Origin: Eledone cirrhosa
Lineage: Eukaryota
Reading direction: 5' to 3'
DNA: 64,000 nucleotides
NCBI GenBank assembly: GCA_964016885.1
Contig: OZ024741.1
Coordinates: 350,114,001-350,178,000 of the forward strand
The notes under the pieces are model-generated. The model saw only the letters and a program-made list of their open reading frames with translations. It was not told the DNA's origin and did not search any database. This document shows, one piece after another, positions 53,750 through 64,000 of the stretch. A program made the translations under genes and the position numbers. Every line of letters starts with the position of its first letter. Positions within the stretch are counted from its first letter, which is position 1.

Positions 53750-56171
53750 TGATGATGATGATGATGATGATATATATATATACATATGTATGTGTTTATG
53801 TGTGTGAATGTGTGTGTCAGAAATTATGTTATTTTATAAGTGTATATATATAATTGTTTCTACTTTTGGCACAAGGCCAGCAATTATCCCAGTGCATAAC
53901 TGGTACTTTATTTTATCGACCCCGTAAGGATGAAGGACAAAGTTAACCTCGGTGGAATTTGAACTCAGATCATAATGGGCCATAACTGCAAAGCTTAGTG
54001 TCCAACCTTCTACTGATAATCCACATAATGGTGCTTTATGCAGTTGTTTCTATACGTGTATGTGCTTATATGTGTGTGTTTGTTTGTATTTCTGAGTGCA
54101 TATATGTGGTTATACCTATGTCAGAAGTCATATTATTGTGTTAGAATCTCTATATGGAATTTGTAAATATTAGAGAAAGTTAGATTTACTTTTATATGAA
54201 TATCTGTATTTCAGGGGTAATATGTGCGGACGTGTCTTGGAAAATAATGGTTTCTGATTGAAGCGCAAAACCAAACAATTTTTTGGGAAAGAAAAAGTCG
54301 ATTAAATTAACCTCAGTGCATTACTGGTACTTTATTTTATCGACTACATGAGGGTGAAAGGCAAAGCTAACCTCAGCAGGATTTGAACTCAGAAAGTAAA
54401 GAGCTGTAATTATGCCACTAAACATGTTGTCCAATGTTCTACCAATTCTGCCAATCCACCAACCTTTGAGTTGGAAAATAATAATTTCTAATATAAGCAC
54501 AAGGCCAGTAATTTGGTGGGGAGGGGAAATTCGATTAAATCATTATGTATATTCCTGCCTCAAAATTTGAAACTTTGACTCATATCAGAAACTGATATAA
54601 ATCAACTAAAATATATCTTCCATGTTTTAATATGATTCTGATTGTCATTTTAATTTAAATATGAATATGGTCATGTTAGCGTCACAACAAAAATCACCTA
54701 GTACTCACTATGAGATTAGCATTAGACAGGGCATCCAGCTTCAGAAATTAAGCCAAAATCAGTTCTGACATTGCTCACAACAGGATAACTCGTCTAACCT
54801 ATGTTAGTGTAGGAAAATGGACATTAAACTGTGATGATGATGATGATGATTGTGAGTAATCTTGAATACATTGGGATTAAAATGGTGAAATGTGTATATG
54901 AGGCAGAAAGGATTTTAATGGTTAAATATGTACATTAGATAGACGTTGTAAAGCAATTTGCTTTGGATTGATTTCATTGCGCAACATCTTGGACATATTG
55001 TCATTTACTTAGAACCAGGTTTCATTCTACTGCATGTAATCAGTGTCTTTTGGTTGCAGAGCATGTCTTGGGCAATGTCTGTTACCACAGGTTTGGATCA
55101 ACATTCCAAGCTTGTGAATTAGATAATTGTTTCTATTTTTGGCACAAGGCCAGCAATTATCCCAGTGCATTACTGGTACTTTATTTTATCGACCCCGTAA
55201 GGATGAAAGGCAAAGTTAACCTAGGCAGGATTTTAACTGAGACCGTAAAGGGGCGTAACTCTATGATGCAAAAGCATGACGTCCGATCCTCTACCGATAC
55301 TCCCAGTAGTGAGAAAATGTGTGAAAGCCTGTCAGATTGATTTCACCTGTAATTTCAATGTCCAGCCCAGTGAAATACTGTGGAATACTCAACCACATAT
55401 ATGTTAATTCAGTGAGTAAATAGAACAACTGAATACTCATCTTTGAAAGAGACAGAATCCATTGACTTACTTTAACTATGTATGTGAGAATGTAGGATGA
55501 TGTGTGAGTAATTGTACACTTGTGTATGTAAGTGTGGTTATGTTTATAGTCATATTTATATTCTTTAGTTCTTAAGTTTGTTTTAGTCATCACAGCCCAG
55601 ACCAAATTGGAGTGCCATTAAGTGTAACTATGCCTGTGTGTGTGTATGTGTGTTTGGTAGTTGCATGAAAAGCTATATATGTGCATGAATATAAAAATGC
55701 TTGTTTTTTAGTGTATGTGTATTATTGTATATATTATGTGTGTATTTGTGCCTATGCATGAGTTTCTGCATATGTGTATGCATTTCTCTGTGTTTCTGAG
55801 ATAGTATCTTCTAGATCGTCAGGTTAGTGTGTGTAATTCTGGTTGTGTGTGTGTGTGTGTGATTTCAAGAAAATGTTATATTATGTATCATACATATAAA
55901 GTATGTCTGTTTCTGAATGTTGTGAAAACTATGTTGATCTCTAAAACTATGTTGATCTAATTTTGTGGGCATATCTAATTGTTTCTATTTACATTATTTC
56001 AATGTTATTTTTCATCATTGTACACCTATTTCTATGCTTGCATGGGTTAGATCATCATCATCATCATCATCATCACCATTTAACATCTATTTTCTACGCT
56101 AGCATGGGTTAAACGGGTTGTCCTATTTGAAGCAGGTCAGGGTCAAATGAGCATGTTTTGCTTATACAGAA

Positions 56172-56217
<46 letters not shown>

Positions 56218-56310
56218 TATACATATACATATACACACACACACATATACACACATACACTCATATATATATATACATATGTATATATGTATATACATAT
56301 ATATATATGT

Positions 56311-56344
<34 letters not shown>

Positions 56345-57081
56345 GTATGTCTGTGTGTGTGTAATGTATATATATAAACATACGTATATATACATATCTA
56401 TACACCTTTTTGTTTGTTTTTTCATACCACTGCCCCAAATTTACTTAGTGTCTGTCATTGGAATGGAACAAATATACCAAATATACACCGTTCATAATGG
56501 GTATCTCCTGGTAAGGAATTCTTCAGCTCAATAAGATCCCAATTAGTTTTGTCTGTTGACTGATATTTTACCCCACTCAGTTGTTTTTCATTTTTTTCTT
56601 ACTGAGGAGAGGGACAAAATGTTCTTTAATGTGTATTTTGTTATTTGTATATTTATATGTAATTTGGGTTGTTGAATGTTACCATTGATACAGAATGTTG
56701 GGAATTCGGTTTGCTAGCTATTTTTTTTCTTTCTATATAAATATGCATTATGTATGTATTTATGTATTTATGTATGCATTTATCTGAGGGCGTAGGGGTT
56801 ATACATATGTATACATCTATGAATGTATGTACTTATGTATACATCTATGTGTCTATTTTTTAATAATTTTTTGTTTTTACGTCCGTCTTTCTATGGTGAT
56901 ATTGGTTAGATGGAGAGATGAGCTTATCCTGGTTCCATGTGGAGTTTAGTAAATGAGAGTACAAAAAGGGATGTCTGTCTGCCATAAAAATCAGCTACTG
57001 GTGGTATTTATTTTTGGAGCAATATGTATATATTTGCACACATACATACATATATATGTATAAGTGTGTATGTATGTGCGG

Positions 57082-57119
<38 letters not shown>

Positions 57120-57327
57120 CGTTTCTGGATTTGTTTAGCAAGATTCTTTATCTGAAAACGTGTGTTGAAACCGATATTGTTATACTTTGGGAGGGTCATG
57201 TTGCCAATAAGAAACACATGCACCAGTTGCTTTCACTTCAATTTATTATAATAAATTTATAAATTTAGGAATTTATAAATTTCCGGTTGGTTAGTTGGTT
57301 CCACAACCAGATGGTTATTTATATATT

Positions 57328-57370
57328 GTCAAAGTTCTTTCGTCACACATTCTGTGACCTCTTCAGTGAC
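57328..57370 (-). ncRNA. Type I hammerhead ribozyme motif
   Basis: GUCA-CUGAAGA-g-GUCAC-agaaugu-GUGAC-GAAAG-AA-CUU-UGAC; stems I and II pair. Confidence 0.78.
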
Positions 57371-57426
57371 TGGGGATTCTTTTCTTTGTTTTTTTTGCCT
57401 CTCCTTTGTTCTGTCCTACGCCATTT

Positions 57427-57499
<73 letters not shown>

Positions 57500-57542
57500 A
57501 CCCACGCTACCGTGTAAAATGGACGTTAAACAATGATGAGGA

Positions 57543-57596
<54 letters not shown>

Positions 57597-58494
57597 ATAC
57601 ACTCTGATGCTCTGATTATAGTGAGTGGATAAAGAACTTTCCAGTGCATTTATTCTCACAATTTCAACAGTGAAATTCCTTTGGGGGTGATCAGATTCTG
57701 TGAAACAATCAAGGGAGAGAACATGTATAGCATGAGAACGACACAAGATATTAGTTTCCTCAATCCTTCTGATGATGGGGTTTTCCAACATTGTGATGTT
57801 CAAACATCTTTGTCATCATTATTTTAAGATTTAAGGGCGGTGGATTGGCAGTATCGGTAGAGGGTCGGACGCCATGCTTTGCAGCATAGAGTTACGGCTC
57901 TTTATGATCTGAGCTCAAATCCCGCCGAGGTTAACTTTGCCTTTCATCCTTATGGGGTCGATAAAATAAAGTACCAGTCACGCACTGGGGTCGATTTAAT
58001 CGAGTTTCCCCTCACCCCAAATTACTGGCCTTGTGCCTATATAAGAAACCATTATTTTAAGAGTTAAGGGCGGTGAATTGGCAGTATCGGTAGAGGGTCA
58101 GACACCATGCTTTGACGCATAGAGTTACGGCCCTTGCCATTCTGAGTTCAAATCCCGCCGAAGTTAACTTTGCCTTTCATCTTTACTGGGTCGATAAAAT
58201 AAAGTACCAGTAATGTACTGGGTAATTGCTGGCCTTGTGAAAATAGTAGAAACAATTATTTTAAGATTTAATGTCCTATTTGTATTGCTGTAACTCTCTA
58301 AAAAAATGTATTATATATTCATATGTATATGGAATAAAGGCAAGCCTCTTTTTTTACAGTATCTCGGACTAATATTATCTCCTTGTTTTTAAAATTGTAA
58401 AGGGGATTTGGCTGTTATTTCTTGCTAGTTGAACAACAATAAAGAAACTCCTTTGATAAGGATGTTGTTGCTGTTGTTCTTTTTGTTTTATTTT

Positions 58495-58705
58495 TACTCT
58501 GGGTATCTGAGAGAGAAACTGAGTATAAGAGGGATCAGATGTGGTGTGCAAGAGAGACGACTGTGGTTGTATGGACATATAATGTGCATGGAAGATGATT
58601 GCTGGGTGAAGAAGTGGCAAGAAATCCCAGTGGAAGGAAGCAGCACTAAAGAAAAACTAAAGAGGAGTTGGGCAAAGGTGGTGAGTGCTGATCTCAAATC
58701 GCTGA
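58495..58705 (+). mobile_element. RTE 3' ORF fragment
   Basis: RRLWLYGHIMCMEDDCWVKK...VEG...W motif. Confidence 0.8.
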
Positions 58706-58707
58706 TG

Positions 58708-59050
58708 CACACAGCCCCGGCGGCCAGAATGAAGAAGGTGTTTCCCCGGAGGATGGTAAGAGAGATGCTCTGGAAGAGCCATTCTATCTCGCGACGCCCA
58801 CACCTGGTCTATAGTGGTAAGTAGGGAGGTAGCCCTAGGCCCAAGGACACCAGAAGTCTTCACTGCTCAGGGCACGACCACAAACCTGTCGGAGAGCGAC
58901 CGATACTTGGAGAGTTTGCCCTCCTCAGCCCGAAGTGCAGCAGAACCTGGGTTAGTCGCATACTGCTCCAAATTGCGGCTGGAGAAAGTGTAGCTGCAAG
59001 TGGCATCCCAGACGAGGGGTTTGCCTCCACGGAACGGGAAGATGGTCCTT
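58708..59050 (-). mobile_element. CRE-clade RLE retrotransposon 3' fragment
   Basis: GKPLVWDATC...AALRAEEGKLSKY...TSGVLGP...WLFQSISLTILRGN. Confidence 0.82.
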
Positions 59051-60465
59051 TTGTGTTCAATATAATAAAGATTCAGTCAAGTACTGGCATCGATTTAATC
59101 AACTTTCTACTCTTCCTAGATTACTAGCCTTTGCCTAAATTAGAAATCAATATTAGTTGGTACCAAACACACTCACGATATTTTTATATACTTTACTTAA
59201 TGTTATCAGCCAATTATTGTTACCTAAATGGTTCCATTTGAATATGATTACAATAAGTAGATTCCATTAGATTTCTAATAGTCTGAATGACAATAAATGA
59301 ACGACAATATACAGTCTCCTTTGTTTTATAATACCACACATGTCATTTAATGTAAAATGACTCCTGATCATAATCATCCTCTATGATCTGCTGTAGTATG
59401 ATCCTTTTTTAAGTGTATAATGGTTTCTGATTTAGGCATAAGGCCAACAATTTTGGACGTATGGGAAAAGTCAATTGAATCAACCTCAGTGCGTTACTGA
59501 TACTTTATTTTATCGAGCCCGTAAGGATGAAAGGCAAAGCTCACATCGACGGGATGTGAACTCAGAACATAAAGCATGTTATCCGACGCTCTACTGATAC
59601 TACTAATCCACCACCTGATTTTGTTGGGTGTTTAGTGATTCTGCTGCTTGCTGTTGATATTCAACGCCAGGCCAATCTTGGTCAAGTAGATGAGCCAGTA
59701 GCAAATGTGTGGAGTTTGACTGCTGCTTCTAGCAGATCAAACACAAGTTCTCTCTTGGGATTGATACAAATATTAGTGCTATTGCTTTAAGCTAGTAAAG
59801 CTTGATCCACATGATTACCTATGATTAAAGGTGAAACAAGAAAATTCAAAGAAACATTGCAGCAAACTTACACATTCCATTTTGTGAACTGTTACGATCT
59901 AAATGTATTTTATTTGGCTGCTGTTTCTAACAGATCGAGCTAAATCAAGAAGCTCTATGATTAAATGTAATCGAGTCATGACCCTATGATCTTTTTAAAG
60001 GTATCTAAGACTACACGGTTTAATGACATTCACTTTATCCTTTAAAGATGGTGATGAGGCAGACCTGACTGCTATTTTTAGCAGGGTGACTGAACATAGC
60101 TGGTTCTCTTACTGAACGCGTAAAGCTGGGCGTTAGCAAAAAATGACAACTGAATATCATTTTCAATGTAAACCCTTCCTCCCTGAACCCCTCCTCACCT
60201 AATATATAAATAAAAGATAAATAAATTACTAAACAGGTGAGAAGATAAAGTGTCAATATGCCCTGCTTAATTCACCCTGATAGATAAGAATATTTGAATG
60301 AAGTTTACATTGTTGATCTATTTAAACTAATGATTCTGTTGTATCATAATAATTGTAGTATGAAACCGCATTACTTAAGATTGAAGTGATATAGATTTTT
60401 CAAATGAGATTATTAATTAGGCTTTTGAAAACTATGGATGAATGACCGGATTCTATATTAATATA

Positions 60466-60829
60466 CAGTCACCCCCCTCCCCCAGGTATTTGCGGGGGTT
60501 ACGTTCCTAGAGCACCCGCGAAGAGTGAAAAAGCGCGAATATAGGACGTGGCCAACAAAAATGCATATAAATGTCAAAATATAACATAAAATATAAATTT
60601 AAAAAATAGTGTCTTATGCGAAGGGCCGTCTAATAGACCGGCAAATACGGTATATTGTTATTAATAATTTAGCGTTAAAAATATATATTGCCACGAAAAA
60701 TGCGTGGAAAAAATCGTGGAAGATATTTACGATTCCGCGAATATACGGTGGTTTCGACAAACAATTACTAGTTAGGTTCTAAAGAAAATTACGCAAATAA
60801 CCGGGACCGCGAATGCTGGGGGTAGAGTG
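60466..60829. mobile_element. Tigger/pogo-like MITE
   Basis: TA-CAGTC...GAGTG-TA termini with subterminal ccc / ttcgcgg-like inverted motifs. Confidence 0.7.
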
Positions 60830-61637
60830 TATTTGAGTTTTTCATTAGATTTCCTATGTGATTTGTATTTGTCTGTAACTAAATTGAGGGCTTCCTCGAT
60901 AGACCTCTTGTCGAAGCCATAACTGTGAAAATATATGCCGTCCTTAACACTCGAACCACGTTACTACTCAGTTTGATCAGGATGAGCATGGTCATCTGCA
61001 GGATAAGGTTCCTGAAGGTGGACTGGTTTTTTCAGCACATCATCTTTGCCATCCTTCGAGGTAACACATTTGCTATTTTGTCCGCCTATACCACGAAACT
61101 ATTTAATGTCACGCTGTAAATTCTTGTGTTTATTGTATTCATTAAATAAAAGTTCCATACTAAATATTTTGAGTCTAACGTCTAAGAAATTTCCAATACT
61201 TAGGTCAGTTGTCATAACTGTTTTTAGCTCGAAATTATCTAAGTTTACAATGGGGTACTTTATAAATATGTACTGTAGCTTGTCGGTGACACTTGTGTGC
61301 AAAAAGGTCGACATATTGTGAGGTCTAACAATTTTTAACGTTTTCGTTGTGTGATGTTCATGACAAGAAAGAATTAAATACTAATCTGTTTCCTTGATAT
61401 GTGAAGTAATTGTGTAGCTTTGGTGTTGAAGGAAACTAGATTATCGTGTCTCCGTTAAAGAATGTTCTAAAGGTTATTGCTACTGGAAGCAATGCTTGCT
61501 GGCCACTTTGAATTCTTAATTCTTGTTGGAGTCGTGATATGTATAGCGTGCCAGATCACTAGTCTCCGCAAAAGATTTGCCTGTCAGGTATAATATATGT
61601 ATCATATATATATTATACCTAACAGGCAAATCTTTAG

Positions 61638-61799
61638 CAGGGCTTCCAAGAGAAATTTTGCAAGGCGATACAAGACTCCTTTGGGGCCCGAATCAGGCAA
61701 AGATTTTTCTCAAAATGGATGTTACATGGTTACTGTGGGGAAATTTTAGCTCTTGGGACCCGGAACAAAGTACCGGCTGGACACCCTCTCATAGCCCTG
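61638..61799. mobile_element. Short TIR MITE (hAT-like)
   Basis: cagggct / agccctg termini, internal ggggccc motif; TSD unclear. Confidence 0.5.
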
Positions 61800-62145
61800 T
61801 ATGTATGCCTAATAATTTAACCTAATTGCCAAATTATACTTTACATCTATTGATAAACTTCCGAGACAGTTTAATCTAAAATTGAAGACATTTGAACCAA
61901 GCATGTATGCTGCAACGTTAAGTGAGAAAGATTATAGCTAATGGTATTAGCACAAAGTCGAAAACCATTCTATATGGACGAGTTTCGAGGGAACTCTCTC
62001 TGACCTTTAATCTATTAATCAGGGTGTGTCCCTCGCGAGCCAGTTATCTCTGTCAAACATTTCAGCATTAATGACCTATTTCCTGTTACCTCACACAACC
62101 CACGTACACACACATGCACGCACATACATTTACATCCACACGTTC

Positions 62146-62176
<31 letters not shown>

Positions 62177-62711
62177 CATACATACATACATACATACATA
62201 CATGCATACATACATACATACATACACACATATATACACACATTAATACATACATATATGCATACATGCATACATACATATACACGAATACACACATACA
62301 TACATATAAACACACATTCGTTATGTACATAAAATTACCTTGCATTCGTATTTCCTGCACAAAAATTCAACCCTCCGCAAACCCCAAGTAATAGGGGCTA
62401 GACAATGTATTTTCATTCATCAATATTAAAAAATATACACACAATACGAATCAACGAGAAAGTATCTACACCTAGAAATAGCACACAAATCTCCCCCAAC
62501 CTATCCTCAACCGTTTTATAAAATGGGGGAACACATTGGATAAATGAATATACAAAGAAATAGATTTTGATCATCGGTTAACTCATTTAAACCTAACCTG
62601 AGATTAAACAACAACAGTATGCATACAATACATATTTCAAACAAACAAATCATCAGCACCATATCAATACTATTTGTGAGCAATATTGACCTAAACATCT
62701 ATGAGGTAGAC

Positions 62712-62918
62712 CAGGCATGTCAAACTGAGGATCCCCCGAGGGCCACATGGGTCACATATGTGTTGTCTGAGGGCCGCGCACGACAACTAATTGCGCACAT
62801 TACAACTAATTTTTTAATTTTATATTACGAAGATAAAACATGCTCGCGCAGTAAAACCCTTTGTGCGGGTCGCAGGTGTGTTTGTAAAGGGCCGCGGGCT
62901 GCATGTTTGCCATGCCTG
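62712..62918. mobile_element. hAT (Charlie-like) MITE
   Basis: TIRs caggcatgtcaaac / gtttgccatgcctg; 8-bp TSD aggtagac / aagtagac. Confidence 0.88.
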
Positions 62919-63429
62919 AAGTAGACAATGGTAATCCATGGCGAATATATTTTCATTTAGCCGAGACTACGCCAGTAAAGTTGTAATTACTGTTTGCAAG
63001 ATTTCTCTAGCAATCGATTGTTAGGTGCAGCGTGTTAATTGGTCTCAGATCAGCCCCTTATCTCAGAGGCACAATATATTGCGTAGGATTCTGGTAGTGA
63101 CAGTGATGAAAACAATTTTGGCACTGCCTATGACGTTATCCCAAGGTTTTTGATGAAAGACGTAAGACGTTTACGGACCGTACCTAACGCCTCAATAACG
63201 GTTGGCACGAATTCTGTCTCTAGATGGTGATCATTTCTAATAACTGTTTCTACTTTTGGCACAAGGCCAGCAATTATACCAGTAGATTACTGGTACTTTA
63301 TTTTATCGACCCTGTAAGGATGGAAGGCAAAGTTAACCTCGGCGGGATTTGAACTCAGACCGTAAAGAGAGATAACTCTATGCTGGAAAGCATGGCGTCC
63401 GACCCTCTACCGATATTGCCAATCCACCC

Positions 63430-63850
63430 TAATAACGCCTGCAAAGTCTGCATACTTATTAATCTTTTCCATTTCCCTTTCAGCCACATTGTAGTTGAGG
63501 GATCGCAATATCAATTAGAATCCTTTTTTTGTAGGGAGGGAGTATTTGTTTATACAACAATATCGGGGTGGTTGTGTTGGACGTTGTTTGTTGTCTTCAT
63601 CTTAAGGTCTCAAAATAACTCTACTCTCTCCCTCGATAGACATGCTGCAAGAGGAGTATGTTTGTACCACTGACATAGTGTTTTGATGTTGTATTTTTTG
63701 CCCAAATCCCAATAGATTCTTTTTGCTATAACATCATATCGGATTTTATAACGTTTTTTTACCAATTGCTCACATCCACTAGAAATATATGCCAGGTTCG
63801 TCTGCTTTATGGCATACTCTGCAGGATGGGGAGCAGTTTTGTCAATAAGG
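63430..63850 (-). mobile_element. R4/Dong fragment
   Basis: SGCEQL..YKIRYDVIAKRIYWDL..WYKHTP..HNHPDIVV. Confidence 0.78.
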
Positions 63851-64000
63851 ATTTCTACTATAGGCACAAGGCCAGCAATTTTGGGGAGGGGAATGTCAAT
63901 TAAATCGATCCCAGTGTATTACTGGTGTTTTATTTATCGATCCCATAAGGATGAAAGGCAAAGCTAACCTTGGCAGGATTTAAACTTAGAACGTAAAGGA

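Overview
AT-rich, microsatellite-dense eukaryotic intergenic/intronic DNA with no recognisable host protein-coding gene and one 200-N assembly gap. The repeat mix (Dong/R4, RTE, Tx1, CRE, CR1-like LINEs, two tRNA-derived SINE families, mariner, hAT/piggyBac/Tigger MITEs, Helitrons, long (TA)n, (CATA)n, (GAA)n tracts) resembles an octopus/coleoid cephalopod genome; that assignment is inference. All long ORFs are decayed transposon ORFs or microsatellite read-through. The most interesting signal is non-coding. At least 6-7 type-I hammerhead ribozyme motifs sit in short ORF-less modules embedded in or next to (TA)n tracts, with partial-tandem or inverted-terminal architecture like Penelope-like pseudo-LTRs or retrozymes. 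Several carry the compensatory U3-A8 core (UUGANAA) instead of C3-G8, and most have tiny or palindromic stem III. Two microsatellite-stacking retroelement arrays are also visible: Tx1/Dong on (ATT)n and an RTE family on (CATA)n. The RTE family includes a near-full-length copy with three C-terminal C2H2 fingers and short derivatives sharing a conserved, structured 5' leader.
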